Made by a program: the position numbers and the translations under genes. Source: Ramazzottius varieornatus (Eukaryota; Animalia; Tardigrada). From it: a stretch of 64,000 nt of DNA. Location: assembly GCA_001949185.1 (NCBI GenBank), contig BDGG01000012.1, positions 1,666,973-1,730,972 of the forward strand. The letters run 5' to 3'. Positions 1-11,780 of this stretch are shown piece after piece. The notes beneath the pieces are model-generated. The model did not search any database. It was not told the origin of the DNA and worked only from the letters and a program-made list of their open reading frames with translations. Position 1 is the first letter of the stretch, and each line of letters begins with the position of its first letter.

Positions 1-3000
1 TCGAGGCTCGAGCATCGTTCAACGCAAGAGGTATCAGTGGATACGTCCACTTCAGGGAATACATCCCAGCCCCATCCAATCAATCTGCGGACGGAAATGA
101 TACCAGACAGGAACTTCCGACGAGCCCGAAGACCGACAGGAGGGTCGCTGTGGAATACGAGCTGAGCAGCTCGCAATGGAGCAAACCTCTCTACAACAAG
201 GATGACCTGTTCCTCATACTCCGGGAGTTTCCTGTCATATGGAACGGAGCCTCGGATTCGTGCTCGGACGACAGCCTGGGAAAACAGTTAGCATACACAT
301 TGAACTAAACTTGAATGGATATCGATATGAAGTACTTCATTCCGAATCTACTTTTTCAGAATTTTTGCCAAAGATTTTCAAATTGGGCCTATCAAGCCTA
401 ACTCCACCATATCCGGTCGGATGGACAACCTGGTGATTCCACTGAAAGGACCCAAGAGTATTCGGGGGCGATCCATTCTTTTGATCACTACTAGAGGCCG
501 TCGTGCCTGTGCCACCATCACCACACCATCCAACACTCTGCAGATCCGGACCGCAGTAGCCCGAATGCAAGGGAGCATAGCCGGGACCATCCAGTTCCGT
601 CAGTTCATCTCCGCGCCTACCGACACGACCATCTTTGCCGATCTGTACAAGCTGGTCCCCGATGGGCAAGCGGCCAACGTTACATACAAGTGGTTGTTGA
701 TGACAACGGGTCCGCTGGACCGCTCACGGCCCGAGGAACAGCTGGCCTGCCGGAACATGCGGGTGATCTATGACCCGGACTTCCGGTCGGAGACTGAATG
801 CTCTGTAGATAACCAAGCGAGCTGTAAGATTGGTAATATGATGGAAAAATTCGGTGGTATACCGGTTGGGTCAACTTCCGGTGTAGCAAAACGGGCGTTC
901 TTCACGGATTCGGACTTTGCTTTGTCTGGGTGGACTACGGGCAGAGGGATCTATGTCGCCATATTCAACCCGAGGAACCCGCTGGTTAGCATAGCTTGTG
1001 GAGAAGTCAGGCTACTCCGTCCGAAATTCGCTCAAGCCTCGTTTTCTCTCACTAATGCTCAAGGTATCGTATGAAACCGTTAAGCTCTCGAGAAGAACAT
1101 GCTAACAAAGTATCCATTCGCAGGAACAATAAAGTTCCGACAGAGTTCCTCGTTCGATCCAACCGAAATCTACATCAGCATGAAGAACCTGAATGGTCAA
1201 GCCACCGCTATTGCGGTCCACGATTTCCCTCGTCGTCAAAGATTGAAGGCGGACGAAGAACTCTGTTCCGCGACTGAAGTTGGGGAGATGTACGATCCTC
1301 TAAAAGGCGCCAGATCGTCAGTACCAGTGGACAACTCAACAAGCTACACCCAAGACCAGGTTGCCATCGGGGACCTGACGGCGAAGAACCGTAACTTTAC
1401 TTTGGTCGGGACGGACTCGATAGAGCTTGAACACCAGGATGACTATCTACCTCTGTTCGGAGGTCTCAGCATCATCGGAAGGTCCATTGTCGTGTATGGA
1501 GCTAACAAGACTCGACTGATGTGTGGAAACATTTACTCGGAAGGCAGCCTGGTTTCTGCCAAAGTCTCCTTGTACTACACCGTCGGTACGATGCAACTGC
1601 TGAAATCAGCATTACTGCTTTGTTTTAGAATCATCTTTTTCTCGGTTTCAGGTGGTGTTATCCATTTGCAGCAATCAGCGGAAGACTGGGGCAGTGAAAC
1701 GACCATCTACGGTAATCTCTTCTACACGAATGCAGTGAAGACGAGCATCACGACGAACCACCCATGGCGAGCTCACTGGAGCCAAGTCATGCGAGATGCC
1801 TTCACCTATGATGGCCGCTGCGTGAACGGCGGTGATGTTTTCGATCCGTTGACGGTGGACGTTCGGAAGAACTACACTAGCGAATGCAGTGCGCTACATC
1901 CCTTTCGGTGTCAGCTGGGCGACCTTAGTGCCCGTCTAGCACCACTGACGATCGCGTTGACTGCTTCGTCGGGTCTTGGACGGTTTTTCTTCACAGAAAC
2001 GTACTTCCCGCTCAGCGGACCATTCAGCGCTGTCAACAAGTCCATCATTATTTACAGGTAAACGTTTTCCAGCCAGCTCTGTCACTGAACATCATGAAAC
2101 GGTATGGGAAACCGGCAGTCGGGACGCACTTAACTTTTGGGCACCTGCATACAGGTGCCTACCGGAAAATGCAAACCAATCTGTATGCAGGTGCAGGAGC
2201 AGAGTGGGCGTTTCGATCCCACATGCTTCGTCCACGTCACTTCACTTGCCATCGGACAATTCCCATTTTTAGTCAGAATTTTGGTCGAGATCGGACTGCT
2301 TGTGGCAACATCGAAGTAGTCCATCCGGTCAAAGCCATCACAAAGACCTGGTTCGGGCAAGGAGCCAACAAAGTACAGGGCTTCTTCTCGGCGACCCAGG
2401 TCAGTGCCGCGCAAGAAACCGAAGTCAATATTGGGTTAGATGGGCTGGGTCGCTCTGTCATGGACATGAAGATACATGTGGGACCAGTGGAGAAGGACCT
2501 GGTTATTCCATGCACCGAAGACTCGCTCGGCGGACTCTATGACCCGTTCGATGCCAGCAACGATACTTCATCATCAAACATCACTTCGTTGGTGCCTGTC
2601 GGAGCTCTCAGGTAACGTTGCCTTCTTCACGTTGCTCTCCATCTTGGTATCGATATTTTCGCCCATTGAGCTTTGTCTTTGTAGCTCAAAGTATGGAACC
2701 CTTACCGGTTTGATGAGTTACACCAAACAGACGTTCGATGACAACCTCCCACTGACGGGTTCGAACAGCGTTATTGGGCGGTCTGTCGCGGTTCATGCCG
2801 CCGGAGAAAGTAGGGGATGGCTTTGCGGAGATATAGGTAAACCTCTCCCGAAGTACTTCGCGGAATTAACTTTATTGATAGATTAACATCATAAAATAAC
2901 ATTGCTTTCCGTTTCAGTGCATGATATTACCGGCATGTCTATGGACAAGGTTGTCCTGTTACAAGGGATCGCACAGTTTCCCGGACCTTTCCTTTGGGGA

Positions 3001-4031
3001 TACATACGATTCGTACGAGCTTCCCCTTCTGACGACCGGTTCTCGTTCTTTCCAGCCATGTTTTATTCTTTCAGGCCCAACTTCGATATGCGGACGGCGG
3101 ACATTCCGATGTGACCATTACAGTGCGGCTCGCCCACATGTTGAACGAGTCCATCGACTACGAACTTGCCACTACCGGTCACCGATGGTCCATCCACCAA
3201 CTTCCTGTAGCCGGAGATGCCTCGTCAATATGGGAAGTCTTCAGATGCATCACAGCTGGGCTGGTGGACAACTATTACAACACTATCAGCGACACACCCG
3301 AATACAAGACAGAATGTTGGGCGGGCAACAAGGAACGCTGTGCGTACGGTGACATCACACCGCGGTTGGGTCCTCTCAATATCTCATTCGAGTCTAGGCA
3401 GGTCTTCACCGACGGCATGCTGCAGCTGCGAGGTAACGTTTCGCTGTTCGGTCGGTCGGTGGTAATCTCGGGTTTCCGCGAAGAGGATGGGAAGGAGGTT
3501 AGACTAGCTTGTGCGAACATCGAGGAAGAAGAGGAAGCGACCGTCACGGTGAATTTACAGCAGACGGGAAACTTTGACAGGTTGGTTGAAGGACCGGAAG
3601 TCACATCTTACTTGCAAACTTAACCATATTTTTGCAGTGCTGGGTTCGAAGCAAGAGTAGCGGAAGTCCTGAAGATTCATCCATGGAACGTTATCCTGGA
3701 TCAGACCAAAATCGAGAAGACGTACGAAGGTTCGTGTACGCAAGCCCAGTTGACCATTCGCTCGCCAAAAGCCCAGGACAAGATCCGCACATTCAACAAT
3801 TTTGTTGATTTGGACCAGTTCGCGTACATTGGTTACGAATCCTGTGATAAACATGCCGACACTCTCCTTAAGAATATCATTGCTATGGTCAAAGGTGGCC
3901 ATTCTCGTCCTGTCGTAGACGATGACGATGATGGCAATGGAAGACGGTCTGCTGTATCCCGTCTGTCACACCAGAGAGTCTTTTGGTGTTTTTTGGTTTT
4001 AGTATCGATATTTCATGTGAAAAGCCAATGA
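1..4031 (+). CDS. Multi-exon, 5'-truncated Cu/Zn-SOD-repeat protein (CSRP/Rsod-like): six SOD-like domains plus C-terminal GPI/TM signal
   Basis: The spliced reading has six repeats of (A-x-F..G-x-I-x-F-x-Q ... YDP ... C-x-x-GDL ... LPL-x-G..GRS-I/V-V ... ACG-x-I). Examples are GDLTAKN/GRSIVVY/MCGNI, CQLGDLSARL/TACGNI, GRSVAVH/WLCGDI and CAYGDITPRLG/GRSVVI/LACANI. It ends in SAVSRLSHQRVFWCFLVLVSIFHVKSQ* at 4031. GT-AG introns include ~287-359, 2058-2272, 2612-2683 and 3581-3637. Confidence 0.85.
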
Positions 4032-4189
4032 ACAATTTATAGGACACCGGTAAGGAATCTCTGCACAACGGAAACACTTAAAATGGTAAATTCGAAAATC
4101 AATACAAAAGATTATGAATCACAGCTTGTAAAAACTTTCACAGACGTCAATTAAGGCAACTTTTCCGTCGAGGTAGGATCTCAACAATA

Positions 4190-7100
4190 TCAACTTCGAT
4201 TAAAACTAAACCAACAAGTCAAAAAAATGAGCCAGAGCATAACCAGCGGGGAATTTGTGAGCAATGCAGGACTGCTGGACGGTGTTGTCGCTGGGGGTGC
4301 ACTTCCGGTCACCGTAGGAAGACCTGGTGTGATGGAAGGGTTCACTGGCGACCCGGAAGTGGCTGGTGGGGGTGTGGAGGTGCTTGTATCTGTAAAACTG
4401 GCTTGCTACGGTCAGTGCTCTGGATGATGCCTGAAGGACGCCACAAAATTCAGGTCTTCGTTACCTGGACCGGGGTTAGTAAACTCATCGGTGATCTGAT
4501 ATTCACGAAGCATGCTCTTCTCTGTCCTAACGGTTAGTACATAGCCTGCTTGTGGTAGATCGTAAATTTGACCGGAGTCAACCTCAAGAACTAAATGAGG
4601 AGCTATCGAGGTTTTCGAGACGATGTGGATCGTCATTGTGTTGTGGAAGAAGTCAAAAGTCATGTTGAACTGATGGCCCAAGTGTTTGTAGCCTACTAGG
4701 CTCCATCTGGAGGTTTTAGGCAGGCGCTGTGGATGCAGAGCTAGATGGTCTTCCCTGATTCGGATGCCACCATATCCGTTGATTACAGCCTGGAAGAAAC
4801 AGAGATGAGTATAGGTATACGGTTGCCATTGCCAATGGAGTTCCACGTAGTAAAAAGCCGCTTTCCTCTTCTGTCTCGCCATCGAACTGCGTCAGTTTCC
4901 CTCAGTGAAACAGGTTGATAAGCTGAGTCAGGCTCACCTGCAGGAATCCACCCATGCCAGTTAAGAAGTTCAAAGCGCCAGCGCCATCTCGAACTTCAGA
5001 CCACACCTGCAAAATATTTTTCGTTGAAAGAAGTCTGATCAAAATCTGGTCTTGATGGTTCCACGTACGCCAAACGGTTGGACGATGTTCTCGTAATTCC
5101 GCTCGAAGAGAGTATCTGCCTCGACCAGGTTACCGAGCTCCAGGTACCCGACCGAGAACATTCCCCACGTCATGGCTGGTCCCTCAACATCCGTCACCTG
5201 AAACACTCAGCGGTAAAGAAAACACAACAAAGCCTCCCAAGAACAGATATACCTTGCGGTAGATATCCAAGTCGTTCTTTCGAAGTTCCGGCGACATGTC
5301 CATATCCAAAGGATAGCCCAGTAGAATCACATCCCCTTGCTTGATCTCGGGCACATTCACGTTACTTCTCGGATGCCAAACGCCTATAACACACCATCCC
5401 TTGGAAGCTTCGCTGTGACAGTTAGGTTGCCCTTACTTCGAAGACAGTCATCGCCGAGCTTACCAGGTGTATATCCATCAAACTCCAAATGGAACTCTTT
5501 ACCGTCCATGACACTCTTGGGCATCGCTAGGCGCTGTGCAGTGGTGAGCCAAAGGTTCAGGTCTGGATGAGAATTGTTAGTAATCTTGAAGACGTATGCC
5601 GGCAGCCTAGATTACATAGACACTATTCAGATCAACGCCACTCAGGAAACACGTCTGGATAAATTAGCACGTACTCTAATGAAAGCTTAGCGACGTAGTT
5701 CGTATAGATGGAGTTGCTAACAGGGAAGTGGTACTCATCAGGTGGCATCACATCTGAAAAAAGAGAAATCCTTTCTAAAAGTACTGAAGCCGGAAGTGCT
5801 ATTTTAGCGACGCAAGAGGGAATTCTTACTAATGATACTACAAGTGACAGTAGTTCCGTTCGAACATGCGGAGCGGCTCTGCCAGAAGATGGCCATCTCG
5901 ACCGCCATTTCCTCCAACCTCATCTCCCTGATGGCCTTCATCTTGTCGTCGATCACGTACAGGTACTGCCGAACAGCGAAAGCGATGTCACCGGTGATAT
6001 GGATTTCGTACTCTCCGGATGGTGGCCACGGCGAAGTTTCCGTACCTGCATTCAGGAGCGAACTCCATATCCAGTATTTTAACTGTTTTTGGAAACCAAA
6101 GCAAAGCCACGCGCGCTACACGCCGATGCATACCCGTATAGGCAGATTCCCAGGCAAACTTGGCACCTTTATATCCGTACAGAATAGCGTTGGCTTTCGC
6201 GGCATCCAGTGTCAGGGTTCGAGCTTCGAGCAGAAGTCTAGCTTGCTCGGGATGTAAGTTCAGGATGGGTGGATACTGAAAAACGAAGACAACGGTTATC
6301 CTACCGAAACATAGTAAGATATGAAGGACTGTGTCAAAACATACCATCCAGGTTTCGGTATCCCAAAAGATGTGTCCAGAGTAGTCAGAGTTTGCTGGTC
6401 CACGAGCTAAACCACCTATAACCAGAAATCTGTAATCTATATTCTGCGCTAACGAGTAAGAATGTTCGGATGCGGTGATGACGAGCCTGGGCTGAGTCCG
6501 ATGAAGCGGTTGCCCTGGTCTTGCTGGTTGGGCAAGGAGGCAAGCAGGAAGTACAGGCTACCATATAGTCCTTGAGCTAGCTCGAAGTTCTCGGTGGCAT
6601 CTACATCGATTCTGCCGTTGTCCCAGTAGGAGCCCCACTTGGCAATATGAGCGTTCTTGATAAACTCGGAGGACTTTCCGCGGAACTTCTGGGCCGCCTA
6701 TTGCCATCGAGATAAAACTTAGGTAAACCTGTAACAAGGTGAAAGTCCTAGGCCACCTACCGCCCGAGTCTCACTGGGCCTTGAACTGATGTAGACGTGG
6801 ATTTCGCGCGAAACTTCCTGGCCAGCAGCAAGGACGAAGTTGCTAATGGTGGAACGCCAGATCATGTTGATCGGTGAAGGAGCCATTCCTTTCAACTCAG
6901 GGATGACAGTTCTCCCGTCAGCTTCCTTGAACAATGACTCGGGTTGGTTCCTGCAAACCAAGAGCTGGGTATTTAATCGAAATAAGCTGACTCGAAATAA
7001 TGTAAACTTGAGGCAATAACGCTTCTGTTTGTGGAATGTGAAGGGAATATTCATACCCGCCAATGGATATTTGCCGTGTCGGCTGGAAGACGATATCCTC

Positions 7101-7700
7101 ACTCCTAAGCTGGCTTTCATCCGGGAATTTATCAAAGAAAATTTCCACCGGATCTTGCTCTCGGCTGTCGCGATGCGAGAGTGCGTCTTTGGGTCGCGTG
7201 AACGAGACATGGGCAGCAAGTAGTCTGTCGTTGTCCCGGTGAGCAAAGATTTCATGTGTAATGACCAAGGACGGATTCCGGAGCCTTGTAGTCGTCGTGA
7301 AAATACCTAATCGAAAAACAAACGGTAACACAAACCAATATCAAACCTTCGAATTTACGCTGGGAACCAAAACCGGAAACAGCATTACCTTCCCTGACGT
7401 TGAGCTCGTATGTCCGATTGACCAGCTGCGCGGGCAATGTGTGGTTGGTCCTCACAGTAAAAGCTACCAATGATGGAATACGTGCGCGACTACTCTTGGG
7501 TCCCTCACCGTTGTACAGACCGTTCATGTGAACCCACGAACTGTTGACCATCGTGGCGATATGACCATTCCCCACTTCCGGCATGTACTTCGCCGCTGGT
7601 AAACTGCAACGTAGCATTCATTGTTACACTGATGATCCATTTTCATCCGTGAATTAACGCAGTTTTGTACGATATTTACCTTGTGGACTGAAACAGCCAT
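4190..7700 (-). CDS. PGGHG: C-terminal, catalytically intact GH65 module (PGGHG-like hydrolase)
   Basis: Motifs WDTE (~6355), PPDEYH (~5740), KQGD (~5335), GPAMTW (~5170), WSE (~5000) and FLQAVINGYGG are all present across consistent GT-AG introns. Confidence 0.9.
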
Positions 7701-8528
7701 GGGAGTTGTGACCAATGGAAGGAATCCGCCGCGACCGCTACCAAGTAAATCCGGCTTCTTTTGACGGTGATGTGGCCTCCGACTTTGACTCGCCAGGATG
7801 TGTCGTTTCCTCCGGTGTAGTCCGCGCTCCCAGGTTCGATGTATAGCGTGGCATGTTGGTTCTCCCTGGTTACAGTAATCAGGATCTCCTCTCTTGAAAA
7901 TCTTAGATTCACGATGAAGCCCTGGTAGTTAAGCGCATGGATGGACCATGCTTCAGTTCCTTCCGGGATGATGGGGTCAATCAACAGCCTGTTGTTGTCC
8001 AGTTGGATACCGGCGTATCCGTTGAGGACACCTTGGAGGAAGGCACCGTGTCCCGCAAGGCTAGTTCTGAATGGCCTGTCAGTGGGTAAAGTCTCTCCCG
8101 GCGACGTCCACTGGTACTCTGGTATGATCTGATGACAGATGATCGAGTAAGTAATGCAGGCAATCAGAGAACCCAGTGTGAGTTTGATAAGGAGACGCAT
8201 AGTCTACCTACGTGGAAGTCGCCTTGGACGACGGAGAGCATGTCAGGCACAGGTTGGGACAGGCCTGACAATGGGCAATTACGTCTCTTGGCAAGTTCGT
8301 AAACACTACGCCGTATGGGAACATATGTTGACTTGATATCGCACTGAAAGAAACAGATAGCACCTGTTTGCAACATAGGTAACTGTAGCTAGGTCTACTG
8401 CTATTGCCAAATGCCACAACGTGCAAGCGGAAACCGGTTCAGCAGCTGCCGGCGGCTGAAAAGACCAATAAAGTTAGTTCTCGAAAGGTCCATCCTCGTA
8501 TGTACGTACGGTGCCTGTACTTTAATTT

Positions 8529-8564
<36 letters not shown>

Positions 8565-11512
8565 ATCCCTTATTTCCGCCGATCAGTTCGTTGCCTACTT
8601 GTTGTACAACGAAGACCTTGCAAAACGCGCGAAAAAACGAGTGAAGACCCAGACTACGACAGACCTGAGATATGGCGTGTGGTGAGCTGAAGGGCTGAGC
8701 TTTTGGAAGACTTCGCTAGGTCAACGAAGGCGTCAGGTTTCCGCCTTCCTGCATTGAGCATCCGTAGCGTCGCAAGTCACACACCTGCATGTACGTTTCT
8801 TACGCATAGTGGCTAGCACTATCTAATTCTCTGGACTTTCCCCTATCCACTAACTCAGACGACATATCTATAGTGGAACTTTTAATCGACTTACTGATCC
8901 TTTCTTCGGAGCATGGTCGATTAGGTCCGCTTCAACCATACTACAGAACTGCGCTTGGTCCTCCGTATCGAAAGCCTTATGCCGAAGCGGAAAGTACGCC
9001 AATAAGACGTCCGGTTCGCATGACTCTGCAAAGAGAAAGCCCACGCTATCACTATAGGAATCTTTGGCTTGCGGTATGCGAAACTTACGTTCTGTGTGCT
9101 CGGGAGTACTCGACGTCAAATGCCCCGACGTAAGGAGATCCCGTGGAAAGTAGATGTTGTCAGCAAGGCGTTGAAGTTCAGCCACGTCCAAGTTGACGCC
9201 ACCACCGGAAAAGCCGAGGCGCGAGATCGACTCTGGCAGCCTCAAAGCCACCGAAGCTACAGCGTGAGTGAAAGTGTGGAACTGGACATAAAAGCGAGGG
9301 TCGATCGGATCTGGAGCTGTCGTGGCAGTCAGGAATCGGTTGATCCCGACGACCACTGCAAAAGCAATGTCATGTGAACCTTTCGTGGTCTGAAGTACTT
9401 CTAACTATCGTCTGCTCGACTTACGCTGTTTGATGCCAGACTTTCCTTCCTGCTCTCCATCCAGCCGCTGGACGAGGTGGAGGTAAAACTCAGCAATTCT
9501 GGAAGCCGTTCTCATCATCGCATCTTTGTCGATCCATTCGCTCGGTGGAACTGCTTTAATGTACTCTTGCAGAGCAAATGCGACATCACCACTGCAGAAC
9601 AGAATCACTAGCTAATCTATCATGTTCATTTACCGGGCTTTTCCTCTTTACCTGACGTGAACGGCGCGAAGGAAGTCCATGTCTTGGCTACGATCGTGAA
9701 CCTCCCACAGTTCTTCTCCGGTAACTGTTTCATAAGGATACTTCCCACCTCTGTACGAAAAGTTCCCTGAAGACGCAGCAGGAGCATTCTCGAGAGCTTC
9801 CACCCACTGATCAACTCGATTCTTGATCATCAGCTCGGCAGCTGCAGGTTGAAGCAGTAAGAGGGACGGAAGAACGTAGATTTCTTGTTCCCACCGGACA
9901 CGCCCAGCTGAAGCTAGATCCGCCTCGTTATCGTCATCTACAAACAAGAATTCCCGATGAGATTAGTGGAAAACAACTAGTACCAATAACGCTTACCGAC
10001 TACAGGACCAACGCCCAGGAAATCTTCCAAGAAGTACGGATGACTGGGGATGGCGCTTAGTACAGTGTACAGAGATGAAAATACTGCGTTCTGCAGTTTG
10101 TGTCCCGTGGACCCGGGAGCTGCTTGGAACTGTATCCTTCCTTCGTTGTATCGAAGTCCCCAGAAGTCACGATGACGTGAGTACAGAACTCCAGACGCGA
10201 ACTGTTCATGACCTTCGTCGTATGCCTGTGGGAAAAACGCGTTAGCCTCGTCCAACCGAAAACTTACCACGCAAACATACACCGTGTCGCTGAGATCTCC
10301 CAACCAACATACCTTGCGTGCGGCGGTTATGTTTCTCGAGATAGAAGTCAAGAACACTCCTTTAGCGGATATTGTGTTCCGGTTTAGAGTGATGCTGGGA
10401 GGAGCCTGGTCCCACATGATGGCAATGTTCGAGCTTGTCCTGTTGGAACTATCAGGGTTGCCTGTCACGTTCCCTTCTGCAACACTGTATGGAAGAAACG
10501 ACGAAGGGTCAGCAGAAGATTTAAAGCATACCTTAGATACACATACCCGAAATACACCTACCTGACTTTCTTCGTCCACGGAGCCAGGCCTCCGGTTGAC
10601 AGGACCGTGTGAGTGAAAGTCATGTCATTGGCAGTGAAGATGCATTCGTTAGCTAAGTTGTCGTAGCATCCTTTTCGCCAAAGAGGGATGGATATTTCTT
10701 CGTTTGCAGAGAGCTTGCCAAGTACCTCAGCTTCTAGTTCCATCACAAACAACTCGGGAATGCGGACGTGCGCGTAAAACCTAAATAATAAGAAGGAACA
10801 AAGTCGTCCAAAATATCAGCAGGAAGAAAACATCGAAGCACGATGGGCGTGTACCGTTGTCGAACCCAATACCGCTGTTGAACAGTCACCACTGTCTCGA
10901 AAAACCCTGAAACAAGTCTTCCTTAGCAAACTGATCGATAAAATAGATTAATAGAAATACCTTTGTCTCGACACCTTACCTGCTTCAGGATTGAATGTGT
11001 AATTCACGCTGGATCCTGCTATGTCCTGATGGCGGTCTACCCGAACAGCCATAGTAGACGGCAGCCCGACGCGGACTGGGCGGTCCGCCCTCGTAAAGAG
11101 ATCTTGAACTTGCATGCGTTCACCAAATAACGGTGTCGATAAGTACCCATTGCCCAGGTGAGGAAGGGGATAATTGTCAGGTAACCTGTCGACCAAGACC
11201 AGTTATTTCAACATTCCATATAAACTTTCCTATGTAACTCACTCGACTTGCGCGTGATGACAGCGCACCCTGAGCAAATAACCTGGTCTGCGATGACGTC
11301 AGTGCGCAACCGAGCAATCTCAAGAAATTACGTGCCAAGATATATTCCGTAGGACGGGAGAAACGACCAAGACGTTGTGTGTATATTTACAGCATTAACA
11401 AGTTCACAACTTACCATTGCGTTCTGGTGGACAGCTGAGCTGCGGATAGGTGGAGGAAGATCGAGAAGATCGAGAGCGCAGACGCAGCTCGGCTGTTCCT
11501 GGACGATGCCAT
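4190..11512 (-). CDS. Tandem double-GH65 protein (PGGHG/ATHL1, acid trehalase-like): signal peptide, degenerate GH65 module, intact GH65 module, S/T/P stalk, GPI signal
   Basis: Exon 1 (11512-11415) encodes MASSRNSRAASALSIFSIFLHLSAAQLSTRTQ. Module 1 spans 11185-7680. A phase-2 intron at 7679-7604 joins ...WLFQST-S-LPAAKYMPEVGNGH in frame. Module 2 has GHIFWDTETW, EIHITGDIAF, VMPPDEYH, KQGDVILLGYPL, GPAMTW, VWSE and NFLTGMGGFLQ. The last exon (4389-4190) encodes DTSTSTPPPATSGSP...SSSPALLTNSPLVMLWLIFLTCWFSFNRS*. Confidence 0.8.
7680..11512 (-). CDS. N-terminal degenerate GH65 module (predicted pseudoenzyme)
   Basis: It is colinear with module 2: PHLGNGY, WEQEIYVLP, GGKYPYE, VHVSGDVAFALQEY, PDVLLAYFPL and GAFLQGVLNGYAG. 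The catalytic motifs are replaced. The small exons at 8130-8455 are tentative. Confidence 0.8.
8530..8562. repeat. (CA)n microsatellite, intronic
   Basis: About 16 CA units are visible directly. Confidence 0.95.
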
Positions 11513-11703
11513 TCTTATCCCGCGATGCATGCAACGATTTCGCCGACGCTACTGAACTGCAGTCCTAAATCGTTCCGAGTCACCGGTTGGAGGGGAGGCC
11601 AAATGCCAGCAGATACATTTGCCAGCGTCTGCAGGAGATAGTGCACGAAGAATGCCCGAATGCGCCTACAAGACGCAAGTTTGATTAGATTGAAACGTCT
11701 CGA

Positions 11704-11780
11704 CTCCAGCTATTCAACTCCAACGATTCCAGCTACTCAACTCCAACGATTCACCAACGATTCACCAACGATTCACCAGC
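11704..11780. repeat. Short tandem repeat upstream of the GH65 gene
   Basis: Two ~23-bp units (tccagctaytcaactccaacga) are followed by caacgattcac x3. Confidence 0.8.

Noticed and set aside
7676-7680. Stop codon ending an independent upstream GH65 gene (STR*)
   Set aside because: The TAA lies inside a canonical splice donor whose phase matches the downstream acceptor, so fusion is the more parsimonious reading (pending transcripts).
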